A stretch of DNA of 64,000 nt, taken from contig OY781945.1 in the NCBI GenBank assembly GCA_963677435.1, positions 1,440,001 to 1,504,000 of the forward strand, given 5' to 3'. The notes below the pieces were generated by a model. That model was not told the origin of the DNA and searched no databases. It worked only from the letters and a program-made list of their open reading frames with translations. A program made the position numbers and the translations under genes. The DNA is from an uncultured Aliarcobacter sp. Lineage in GTDB: Bacteria; Campylobacterota; Campylobacteria; Campylobacterales; Arcobacteraceae. Positions within the stretch are counted from its first letter, which is position 1, and the number at the start of each line of letters is the position of its first letter. Below, one piece after another: positions 30,178-39,285 of the stretch.

Positions 30178-31512
30178 TTACCAATTAAATGTTTTTATAT
30201 AACTAATTTTGCCATCAACTTCTTTGTAAATATATCCATCTTGATTTGAATAATTTTTTGTATATGATGATGATATTACAATTTGATTCTCTTTGTCTAT
30301 TTTACTTAAATAAGACAATCCCAGATAATAATTATCATCTATTCTTTTTGAATCAAAAAAAGTATTTTCATATTTATAATAACTTTTTATATATTCCGAA
30401 TCAAGTTTAATTGAATTTTTCTTATTTATTTCATAGATATATTCTAGTCCTGCTGTAAGACTATTTTTATCTAAATCAACTCTTGAAGAATTAACTCTTA
30501 TACTTTTTGCTAATTTAGAATAGATATTAAGATTTGACAATAATTTATATTTTAATAAAAGTTCATATTTGTCAAAATCTTTTTCTTTGTCAGATTCATG
30601 TAAATATGAAAATCTTTGATAATTAAGTGAAGCATAATATAATGAATTCATAATTGAAGGACCAATATTAAATATATTAAAATCTGTATTATCTTTTTTA
30701 TCTAATCTTGTAAAACCAAAATTTAAAGAATAAAGATTTTTTTTATCTGAATCCAAATAAGATAATGAAGGTTTATAAACATAAGCTGTTAAATCTTCTT
30801 TATCATCATTAAAATAATTTTTATTATAAACTAGAATAGAGTTCTTTAATCCAAAAGATGAGTTCTTGAAATTATTTAAAAAATTAATTCCTATCATTTC
30901 ATTATGATAATTATCAGCTATAGGTTTTTCACCACTTACTAAAATATCATTTAAACCAGGAAGTCTATATTCTGGCGATATTAAACCAGTATTGATATTT
31001 GTACTTCTTCCTACACCTAGTAATATATTTGCATTTACAAAAAAAGTTTTTTCATTTAATAAATCTAAATATTTAGTTATAGATTCTTTTACATCATCTT
31101 TTATATTTGATTTGATTAAAATCATAAACTCTTTTTTTGCTTCATCTTTTAAGTTTAATTTATAAAGTAATTTTGCATACTCATATCTTGCTTGATTAAA
31201 TTCTGGTTTTTGTATTAATATTCTCTCAAAAGCAGCTGTTGCTTCATCATATTTATTAATTTCAATAGCACTTAATGCTAAAAAATAATTTATATTTGTA
31301 TTATATGGATTTTTTTGAAATAGTTTAAAAAATTTATTATATGCTTTTTCATAATCTTGTATTTTATACATAATTGAAGCTGTAATATACTCATTTGAAT
31401 CTTCTACAACTTGGGAATATCCACCTTTTTCTATTTGGTTTTTTGAAACTATTTCATTATCAGCTTCTAAAAGAATAACTGACGAAAGTAACATAGCAGT
31501 TTTTAAATACAT
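30178..31512 (-). CDS. TPR plus outer-membrane beta-barrel protein (Slam/DUF560, T11SS-like)
   Basis: ATG at 31512 with AGGA RBS. TPR segment AFERIL...ARYEYAK, STNINTG, alternating aromatic strands, RIDD, C-terminal FNW. Confidence 0.7.
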   Translation of the reverse strand: MYLKTAMLLSSVILLEADNEIVSKNQIEKGGYSQVVEDSNEYITASIMYKIQDYEKAYNKFFKLFQKNPYNTNINYFLALSAIEINKYDEATAAFERILIQKPEFNQARYEYAKLLYKLNLKDEAKKEFMILIKSNIKDDVKESITKYLDLLNEKTFFVNANILLGVGRSTNINTGLISPEYRLPGLNDILVSGEKPIADNYHNEMIGINFLNNFKNSSFGLKNSILVYNKNYFNDDKEDLTAYVYKPSLSYLDSDKKNLYSLNFGFTRLDKKDNTDFNIFNIGPSIMNSLYYASLNYQRFSYLHESDKEKDFDKYELLLKYKLLSNLNIYSKLAKSIRVNSSRVDLDKNSLTAGLEYIYEINKKNSIKLDSEYIKSYYKYENTFFDSKRIDDNYYLGLSYLSKIDKENQIVISSSYTKNYSNQDGYIYKEVDGKISYIKTFNW

Positions 31513-31522
31513 CAATTTCCTA

Positions 31523-33661
31523 TCATTTAAATGTATGTTTAAATAAAATATTAAAGTTATTATTTTTAATGAATAGTTCACATCTTTTTATATAAATATC
31601 ATATATTTTTCTATTTTTATAATTAGTTTTTAATTCATTAAATATTTTTAAAGCATCTTTTAATTGTTCAGCTTCATATAATTTAATAGCATTCTCATAT
31701 TTTTCTAATTCAGTTTTATCATCTTGATACTCTTTTTCTAAACCTACAACTTCCCAAAGTTTTATAGGTTCTTCTTTTCCTTTTACTTGTACAAAATCTA
31801 GGTATCTAAAAATATATTTTTCTTTTAGTTTATCTTTTGTATTTTGAGAAATAATTAATCTAGATTCATAGAATTTACATAAAGATTCAAGTCTTGAACA
31901 TAGATTAATGGTATCTCCAATCACAGTATAATCATTTCTTCCTATACTTCCTATCTCCCCAACTGTTGCAATACCTGTTGTAATTCCAATTCCTATATTT
32001 ATAGTTGGTTGATTATTTTTGGCTAATTTATCATTTAGAATACTTAAATAATTTAATTGCTCCAAAGCACTAATTACAGCTTTATCTGGATGATTTTCTA
32101 TTTCAAAAGGAGCATTCCAATAGGCCATTATTGAATCGCCGATATATTTATCAATTGTTCCATCATTTTTTATAATAATTTCACTCATTGGCGTCATATA
32201 TTGATTTAAATATTCAACTAAAATTTCAGGTTTACTGATTTTTTCTGAAATTTCTGTAAATTTTCTAATATCACTAAAAAATATTGTTATCTCTTGATTT
32301 TTTGCTTTTAGATGATTTGAATCAATATTTTTAATCAGCTCTTCCATAACATTTTTTGAAACTTTTGAAGCAAATTTTTTCTTTATTTCTTCTTTTTTTC
32401 TTATTTCAAAAAAATATCCAATAACTAAACTTATAACACCTGACAAAATAATCGTAATAATAGGGAAAAGAATATTTATAACAATTCCCACATGAAATAA
32501 TAAATAGTAATTAATATAAAATGCTGCAATTAATAAAGTTGCTATAAAAAAAGGTGTTAATGCAATATGTACTTTTCTAATTGCAAAAAAAGTAAGAAAT
32601 GTTAATAATAAAATCAAGGTTATATTAAAACCATCAATCCAAGAAGATTTATATAAAAAATCTTGTGTGATAATATTATCAATTGCATTTGCATGAACTT
32701 CAACTCCTGGAAATATTGATTCAAAAGGTGTTGCTCTTAAATCCATTAGTGCCGCAGCAGAAGTACCAACAAGTGCAATCTTATTTTCAATATCTTCTTG
32801 TTTGAAATTATTATTATAAATATCAACTGCAGATATATATTTGAAAGTTTTCTCTTTCCCTCTAAAATTTATTAATAATCTTCCATATCTATCTGTGGGA
32901 ATTGTTAAGTTATTTAACTGGATATTATTAACTCCATTTTCATCATAATTAATAAATATTTTATTGATTCCAAGGGCAATTCTTAATGTTTCAAGGGCAA
33001 GTGAAGGGAAAATCTGTTCATTATATGAGATAATTAATGGAACACTTCTAATAATTCCTGATTCATCTGGAATATTATTGAAAAATCCACTAGAATAAGA
33101 GATATTTTGAATTACTGGTATATTAAGTATTGTTCCTTTTGCTTCTAAAAGGTACTTTTTCCCCATCTGTTTGTTTTTTTCTATAAATGTTGTTTGTATA
33201 AATGGCGACTTTTTATTTATATAATCACTAGAAATAAATTCAAATTGATAACCAAGTATTGTTGGAGTACTTGCAACTGTTTGAGCAAAGTTATAATCAA
33301 AATCTTCTACATTGTCTCTTTTTATATTATATTTTTTAAATATATTATGAGGAGAACTTCTATCTTCTTCTGCAAATACAATATCTAGTCCAATTATTGC
33401 AACTTTTTTATCAGCTAAATTTTCCAAAATTTTTGAAAGAATATCTCTAGGCCAAGGCCATTGACCTAATTGTTGTAAAGATTTTTCATCTATATCTATA
33501 ATTACTACACTATCACTTTGAGGTTTAATCTCTCCTCTTATTGTAAACATTGAGTCTCTTAATCTATCATCCAATGATTGAAGTAAACTAGGAGCATAAA
33601 TATATAAAGTTATTGTAATTATTGATATTAAAAAAGCTAAAACTAAATTAATATTTTTCAT
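31523..33661 (-). CDS. CHASE2-domain class III adenylate cyclase
   Basis: IDIDEKSL..LGQWPWPR, PGVEVHA, TM helices, FSDIRKFT, DKYIGD, DYTVIGDTINLCSRLE, VKGK. Confidence 0.92.
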   Translation of the reverse strand: MKNINLVLAFLISIITITLYIYAPSLLQSLDDRLRDSMFTIRGEIKPQSDSVVIIDIDEKSLQQLGQWPWPRDILSKILENLADKKVAIIGLDIVFAEEDRSSPHNIFKKYNIKRDNVEDFDYNFAQTVASTPTILGYQFEFISSDYINKKSPFIQTTFIEKNKQMGKKYLLEAKGTILNIPVIQNISYSSGFFNNIPDESGIIRSVPLIISYNEQIFPSLALETLRIALGINKIFINYDENGVNNIQLNNLTIPTDRYGRLLINFRGKEKTFKYISAVDIYNNNFKQEDIENKIALVGTSAAALMDLRATPFESIFPGVEVHANAIDNIITQDFLYKSSWIDGFNITLILLLTFLTFFAIRKVHIALTPFFIATLLIAAFYINYYLLFHVGIVINILFPIITIILSGVISLVIGYFFEIRKKEEIKKKFASKVSKNVMEELIKNIDSNHLKAKNQEITIFFSDIRKFTEISEKISKPEILVEYLNQYMTPMSEIIIKNDGTIDKYIGDSIMAYWNAPFEIENHPDKAVISALEQLNYLSILNDKLAKNNQPTINIGIGITTGIATVGEIGSIGRNDYTVIGDTINLCSRLESLCKFYESRLIISQNTKDKLKEKYIFRYLDFVQVKGKEEPIKLWEVVGLEKEYQDDKTELEKYENAIKLYEAEQLKDALKIFNELKTNYKNRKIYDIYIKRCELFIKNNNFNILFKHTFK

Positions 33662-35997
33662 TATTTTATTAAATCAAATTGTTCTGGTTTTAATGCTTCT
33701 TTAGCATATACATTTAAAATATCATTATTAAAGAAGAATTGAACTAAATTTTTATCAATTTCACCTCTATCTATCATATTTTCAAGAATATTTTTTACAG
33801 TAGATAATTTCATTGCTTCTTTATATGGTCTTTCTGATGTTGTTAATGCTTCAAAAATATCTGATAAAATCATAATTCTATCTTCTAAACTAATATCTTT
33901 TTCACTTAAACCTCTTGGATAACCTGTACCGTTTAGTTTTTCATGATGATTACATGCAATATTAAGAACATCTTTGAATTTTTTTGGAAAAGGTAACTCA
34001 GAAATCATATCAAGTGAAAGTTGAGCATGATTTCTAATAATATTTATCTCTTCTTTTGTTAATGTACCTTTTCTTATTGATAAATTGTAATATTCATCTG
34101 AATTTATAAGAGGAAAATCAATGTTGTCTTTTTTATAAGTTAATTTTGATATTTCATCTAATTTAGAAATATCCTCATCTTTCATAAATTCTCCACCTAA
34201 ATTAATTCTTTTTATAAAAGAAGAATAATTATCTAATCGTTTAATCACTTCTTCAAATTCTTCTTTTGAAATTTGGTTTTTTAAATACTCAATTTCTTTA
34301 TCTTTTTTGATAATTTCAAATCTTTGTTCAATTAATTCAACCCGGTCATAGATTTTTTCTAATTTAGTTGCTTTATCAAGTACATACTCAGGCATTGAAA
34401 TTTTACCAATATCATGTATCCACGCGGCAAGAGCTAATTGTTTATAATCATTTTCTGTATAAGTTACATCTTTATAAATTGTTTTATCATCATTTATTGC
34501 TTTTGCGATTAATAAAGCAATTTTTTCAACTTTTTCAATATGGTCACTTGTATAAGGAGACTTAGCATCAATTGCTTTTGCAATAGTCGAAACAAAAGCA
34601 TTTATAAACTCTTCTAAACTTGAGATTAATTGCATATTTGTTAGTACCATTGCAGATTGAGAAGCTAGAGAAATTATAACTTTTTCATCTAATTTATCAA
34701 AGTTAATTATATCTTTATCTCTTTTTTTATTAATTAACTGTAAAACACCTATAACATCATTTTCATGGTTTATTAATGGAATAACAAGCATTGATTTAGA
34801 ACGATAATTAGTTGTTTTATCAAAGTTTTTTGTACCATCAAATTTATATGTTGTTGTTTTATAAACATCATGAATATTTATGATTCTTTTTTCATTTGCA
34901 CAAACAACAGCAACCATTTTATTATTAACTGTTCCATCTTTTAAATATATAGGTAGATTAGGCCAAGAAGAGTTGTTTTTTATATCAGTGATTTTGATAT
35001 TTAAAGTTTCATTTTGAACAACTTTGAATTCAAGATTTTTTTCATCTTTTGATTTTATATATAAACTTCCAGCATCTGCATTAGTTAATTTTCTAGTTAA
35101 TGTTAAAATATCTTCAAATAATTTCTCTTTATTATGTTGAGAAGTTAGGGCTAAGTTTATTTTCATTATTTGTTCAAATTTATGCTCACTTAACAGATTA
35201 TTCTCGATATTTCCTGTATCAATATGAATTATGTCACCTTCATTTAAAACTTTTCCACGATAACTTAAGAGCTTATTTTTTTTAATATCTTGTAATAACT
35301 CTTTTTTATAGTTAGGTTTTAAATGATAAAAAAATATTGAAATATCTTTTCTTTTAAGATTTTCAAGTTCTTTTTTAATTAAATTTGGAGTTAAATGTTT
35401 TGTTATTCTGGCTAAATCTTCTAATTTATCTGGGAATGAACACTCTATAATTAAAGATCTAATTGATTCATCTTTATTTATTTCATCCCAAAGAAAAGGG
35501 TTTGTATATGTATCTCCACTTATAACAAAACTTTTATTATTGTCTTTTTTTATAATATATCCACATGAACCACTTATATGATTTGCAGGAATAGCTTTTA
35601 TAGAATAGTTATTAATATGAATAATTTCATTTATTGAAATAGGTCTAAAAATTAGTGAAAAAGTTTCACTTTTAGTTAATTTTATTTTTGTAAAATCTGG
35701 CCAAATTTTATTATTGAATGAATGTTTTTTAAGAATTTCAATTGTTTCTTCTAATGCATATATTGTAAGAGGTATAGTTCTTTCTTCAAAAAAAGTTTCA
35801 ATAATAAAAGGTAAATCAGCAATATGATCAGCATGGGAGTGAGTTAAAAAAATATGGTTAATCTCTTTTGCTTCATTTCCTAAAGCATTTAAAATATTCC
35901 CAGCATCAACAACTATATCTTTAAATATTTGAAAAGATGTAGTATTGTGATTTTTTGCTTTACTTCCACTTGCTCCTAAAATTTTAATGTAATTCAA
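33661..35997 (-). CDS. MBL-fold (class II cAMP PDE-like) + GAF + HD-GYP phosphodiesterase
   Basis: THSHADH, SGDT, IECSFP, HLTP; GAF motif SMLVIPL...GVLQLINK; HDIGK and HHEKLNGTGYP. TTG start. Confidence 0.88.
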   Translation of the reverse strand: MNYIKILGASGSKAKNHNTTSFQIFKDIVVDAGNILNALGNEAKEINHIFLTHSHADHIADLPFIIETFFEERTIPLTIYALEETIEILKKHSFNNKIWPDFTKIKLTKSETFSLIFRPISINEIIHINNYSIKAIPANHISGSCGYIIKKDNNKSFVISGDTYTNPFLWDEINKDESIRSLIIECSFPDKLEDLARITKHLTPNLIKKELENLKRKDISIFFYHLKPNYKKELLQDIKKNKLLSYRGKVLNEGDIIHIDTGNIENNLLSEHKFEQIMKINLALTSQHNKEKLFEDILTLTRKLTNADAGSLYIKSKDEKNLEFKVVQNETLNIKITDIKNNSSWPNLPIYLKDGTVNNKMVAVVCANEKRIINIHDVYKTTTYKFDGTKNFDKTTNYRSKSMLVIPLINHENDVIGVLQLINKKRDKDIINFDKLDEKVIISLASQSAMVLTNMQLISSLEEFINAFVSTIAKAIDAKSPYTSDHIEKVEKIALLIAKAINDDKTIYKDVTYTENDYKQLALAAWIHDIGKISMPEYVLDKATKLEKIYDRVELIEQRFEIIKKDKEIEYLKNQISKEEFEEVIKRLDNYSSFIKRINLGGEFMKDEDISKLDEISKLTYKKDNIDFPLINSDEYYNLSIRKGTLTKEEINIIRNHAQLSLDMISELPFPKKFKDVLNIACNHHEKLNGTGYPRGLSEKDISLEDRIMILSDIFEALTTSERPYKEAMKLSTVKNILENMIDRGEIDKNLVQFFFNNDILNVYAKEALKPEQFDLIK

Positions 35998-36030
35998 GAA
36001 AAGCCTTTTAATTTAATTACAAAATTATAT

Positions 36031-36918
36031 CTAATGAGTTATATCGTTTACTTTAAAATCATCATAGGGATCCATATGAATATTTATAATCCAATCTCTT
36101 GAAGTGTCTAATTTTTTTATTTTATTTTCAATATAATCACTTGCTTTATGTGCTTCCATTAAAGTAATAAGACAATTAAAAACTAAATGTACTTCTACAA
36201 AGGTTTGGTTTGCCGCTTCTCTTGTTTTTAATAGATGATAGGTATTTACTTTTTCATTTTCTTTTATTATATCTTTTATTTTTAATACAAGTTCTTCATC
36301 AACTGCTCTATCTAATAAAACTAAAATTCCATCATGAATAAGTTCATAGGCAGAATAAATAATATATAAAGCAATTCCTCCACCTACAAATATATCTATG
36401 ATTTCATAACCTGTAAAAGTTACAAGTAATAAAGAAATTAAAACAGCAGCATTACTAAAAACATCGGTTTTATAGTGAAGGGCATCGGCTTTTATAACCA
36501 TAGAATTTGTTTTTTTTGCAATATAATTTAAATAAGTTACTAAACAAATAGTAATTATTAAAGAAATAATCATTACATAAATAGATGTTTCTAAATACTG
36601 GGAAATTTCTCCATTAAAGGCTTTTTTAACTGCTTGATAAAGTAAAAATAATCCAGAAATAGTGATAATTGTACCTTCAATTACAGAAGCTAAGGCTTCA
36701 ATTTTTCCTCTTCCATAATTAAAAATTTTATCAGCAGGTTTTTCAGAATTCGAAATAGCAAAATAGTTGAAAATTGATACAAACATATCTAAAACAGAAT
36801 CAATTGCAGATGCAAGAACAGCAACGGAACCGCTGGCGATTCCAATTGCTAGTTTTATAAGAGTAAGTACCGCTGCAACACTAGATGAAACAACGGTAGC
36901 TTTTTTTTGTTGAGTCAT
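36031..36918 (-). CDS. Cation diffusion facilitator (FieF-like)
   Basis: SAIDSVLD, YGRGKIE, ADALHYKTD, HMDP. Confidence 0.9.
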   Translation of the reverse strand: MTQQKKATVVSSSVAAVLTLIKLAIGIASGSVAVLASAIDSVLDMFVSIFNYFAISNSEKPADKIFNYGRGKIEALASVIEGTIITISGLFLLYQAVKKAFNGEISQYLETSIYVMIISLIITICLVTYLNYIAKKTNSMVIKADALHYKTDVFSNAAVLISLLLVTFTGYEIIDIFVGGGIALYIIYSAYELIHDGILVLLDRAVDEELVLKIKDIIKENEKVNTYHLLKTREAANQTFVEVHLVFNCLITLMEAHKASDYIENKIKKLDTSRDWIINIHMDPYDDFKVNDITH

Positions 36919-38087
36919 TAGTTGTTTTCTACAAACTCTTTAATTCTTTTGATTCCCTCTTGAATTGTCGGTAAATCAGTTGCAAATGAGAATCTAACAT
37001 AACCTTCTGCTCCAAAAGCAAGTCCTGGAACTAATGCTACACCTTTTTGCTCTAACAGATCTGAACAAAATTTAACAGAATCATTAGATACTTCTTTTAT
37101 ATTTACAAAAACATAAAATGCACCATCTGGATTTGTAGTTGATAAACCTTTAATATTATTAAACATTTCAACTACTATATTTTTTCTTTTTTCAAATGCA
37201 ACTCTCATCATCTCAATAGCTTCATCAGCATCACCTTCAAGAGCAGGAATAGCTGCATATTGAGTAATTGAATTTACATTTGAAGTAACTTGACCTTGAA
37301 GTTTAGTTAAAGCTTTTGCAAGTTTTAAATCAGGAGTTGCAAGATATCCAAATCTCCAACCAGTCATTGCTACTGCTTTACTTAAACCATTAATAGTTAC
37401 AGTTCTATTGTACATATCTTCACTAACTTCCGCAGCAGCTGTGAATTTTTTACCGTTGTACATGATTTTTTCATACATTTCATCAGAGAATACAATTATG
37501 TCTGTACCTTTTAAAACTTCACCAAGTGCTAGTAATTCTTCTTTAGAATATACAGATCCTGTTGGATTTGAAGGAGTATTTAAAAGTAAAACTTTTGTTT
37601 TTGGAGTAATTGCAGCTTTTAATTGCTCTGGTGTGATTTTAAAATTAGTTGTATCATCAGTGTCAATAAATACTGGAACACCATCTGAAAATTTTACTTG
37701 TTCAGGATATGTAACCCAATAAGGTGCTGGAATAATAACTTCATCACCATTTTCAATTAATACTTGAAATAAGTTAAATAAAGAGTGTTTTGCTCCATTA
37801 CTTATTACAATACCTTCTAATTTATAATCTAAACCATGATCTTTTTTTAATTTATTAATAATTGCTTGTTTAGTAGGAATAATTCCTTCTACAGCTGTAT
37901 ATTTCGTTTTACCCATGTTAATAGCATTAATAGCAGCTTGCTTAACAATTTCTGGTGTATCAAAGTCAGGTTCACCTGCACTAAAACTTAGTATATCTTT
38001 ACCTTGAGCTTTTAGCTCACTGGCTAAGGCAGTTATTGCCAAAGTAACCGATGGAGACAGATTTTCCATTCTGTTTGCAATTTTCAT
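36918..38087 (-). CDS. aspC: Aspartate aminotransferase (class I/II PLP)
   Basis: GEPDFDTP, PSNPTG, SDEMY, SKAVAMTGWRFG. RBS spacing favours the ATG at 38087. Confidence 0.88.
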   Translation of the reverse strand: MKIANRMENLSPSVTLAITALASELKAQGKDILSFSAGEPDFDTPEIVKQAAINAINMGKTKYTAVEGIIPTKQAIINKLKKDHGLDYKLEGIVISNGAKHSLFNLFQVLIENGDEVIIPAPYWVTYPEQVKFSDGVPVFIDTDDTTNFKITPEQLKAAITPKTKVLLLNTPSNPTGSVYSKEELLALGEVLKGTDIIVFSDEMYEKIMYNGKKFTAAAEVSEDMYNRTVTINGLSKAVAMTGWRFGYLATPDLKLAKALTKLQGQVTSNVNSITQYAAIPALEGDADEAIEMMRVAFEKRKNIVVEMFNNIKGLSTTNPDGAFYVFVNIKEVSNDSVKFCSDLLEQKGVALVPGLAFGAEGYVRFSFATDLPTIQEGIKRIKEFVENN

Positions 38088-38168
38088 TAGCATTCCCTCA
38101 ATAAAATTAACATTATATTTTTGATATAATAGTGAGGGATTCTACCAAATAATTACTTAAGGAAAAGT

Positions 38169-38762
38169 TTGAGTTTTCAAATTGAAATAAATCAAAGAAT
38201 AGTCACTGTAAAACTAGAAAAAAGAAAGAATATAAAGCACGTTTATCTGAGAGTTTTAAGCCCAAATCTAGTGGAAATAAAAACAAATATTTATTATACA
38301 TTATATGATGCAAAAAGTTTAATTGAAAAAAAAATAGATTGGATTGAAAATTCAATTGTAAGACTTGAAGAAAAGAGTATTAATGAAGATGAATTTTTAT
38401 ATCTTGGTATTAGAAAAAAAATGGAAGATTTCAATATCAAAAATCTGGATAGTTTTTACAAAAAAGAGATACTTAAATATTTACCCAATTTAGTAGAAGA
38501 GTATTCAAAAAAGATGAATTTATTTCCTACTTCAATTTCTTATAGGAAAAACAAAAGAACTTGGGGCTCTTGTAACTATAAAAATGGTTTGAATTTTAAT
38601 ATATTATTGATGAAGTTTCCTCTTGCACTTATGGAATATGTGGTTATTCATGAGTTAGCTCATATAAAACATAAAAATCATTCAAAACATTTTTGGGATT
38701 TAGTGGAATATTATTGTCCAGATTATAAACAAAGGGAGAAAATATTTAAGAGTTTCTTATAA
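38169..38762 (+). CDS. M48/YgjP (DUF45) zinc metallohydrolase
   Basis: RTWGSC, YVVIHELAH, NHSKHFW. Confidence 0.85.
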   Translation: MSFQIEINQRIVTVKLEKRKNIKHVYLRVLSPNLVEIKTNIYYTLYDAKSLIEKKIDWIENSIVRLEEKSINEDEFLYLGIRKKMEDFNIKNLDSFYKKEILKYLPNLVEEYSKKMNLFPTSISYRKNKRTWGSCNYKNGLNFNILLMKFPLALMEYVVIHELAHIKHKNHSKHFWDLVEYYCPDYKQREKIFKSFL

Positions 38763-39162
38763 TTTCTCTTATATTTTCAAATTTTTTGAATATATATTCA
38801 TCTTTTGCTTTATTATCAAAAATTCCATATGAACGCTCTCTATATAAGGGAATAGGCTCTCTTTCTTTCTCTTTTTTTTCAATAACATTTGTAATAAAAA
38901 ATCCAATATCTTCAACATTAGCAATCTTGAAATTTTTTAATAATGATTTTATATCTGCTTTGTTATACTCAAATTCCATTTTATAAACAGGATGGGTTAA
39001 TACAAAAAACAAGGTTTGGTTTTTTACATAAGCGAACTTTACTCCTTTTTTTAATTTTAAAGGAAGAACTTCTATAAACTTTTTTATTAAAAAAGATGTA
39101 TTAATCTTACTGAATTCAGGATTATTTTTAAGATGACTAAGTATTTCATTAATTTTTTTCAT
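38746..39162 (-). CDS. DUF721/DciA-like protein
   Basis: VKNQTLFFVLTHPVYKMEF pattern resembles DciA. Confidence 0.5.
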   Translation of the reverse strand: MKKINEILSHLKNNPEFSKINTSFLIKKFIEVLPLKLKKGVKFAYVKNQTLFFVLTHPVYKMEFEYNKADIKSLLKNFKIANVEDIGFFITNVIEKKEKEREPIPLYRERSYGIFDNKAKDEYIFKKFENIREIIRNS

Positions 39163-39285
39163 GGGCTAATTATAGCAGGTTTTATATTATCATTCAGTGG
39201 CTGTGGTTACAAAGATGATCCAAAATATATTCAACAAGACTCTACAACTGTAAATTCAGACAGTAATGAAACTTCACAACAATGA
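39133..39285 (+). CDS. Small 50-aa lipoprotein (not in the ORF track)
   Basis: Hand translation MTKYFINFFHGLIIAGFILSFSGCGYKDDPKYIQQ... with lipobox FSGC. Stop overlaps the nadB start (ATGA). Confidence 0.7.
   Translation: MTKYFINFFHGLIIAGFILSFSGCGYKDDPKYIQQDSTTVNSDSNETSQQ

Noticed and set aside
31513..31581. Longer ORF-track starts (also 824, 23840, 50502, 56000, 61942)
   Set aside because: Downstream ATGs fit better with RBS position, signal peptides or avoiding overlap with the preceding gene.
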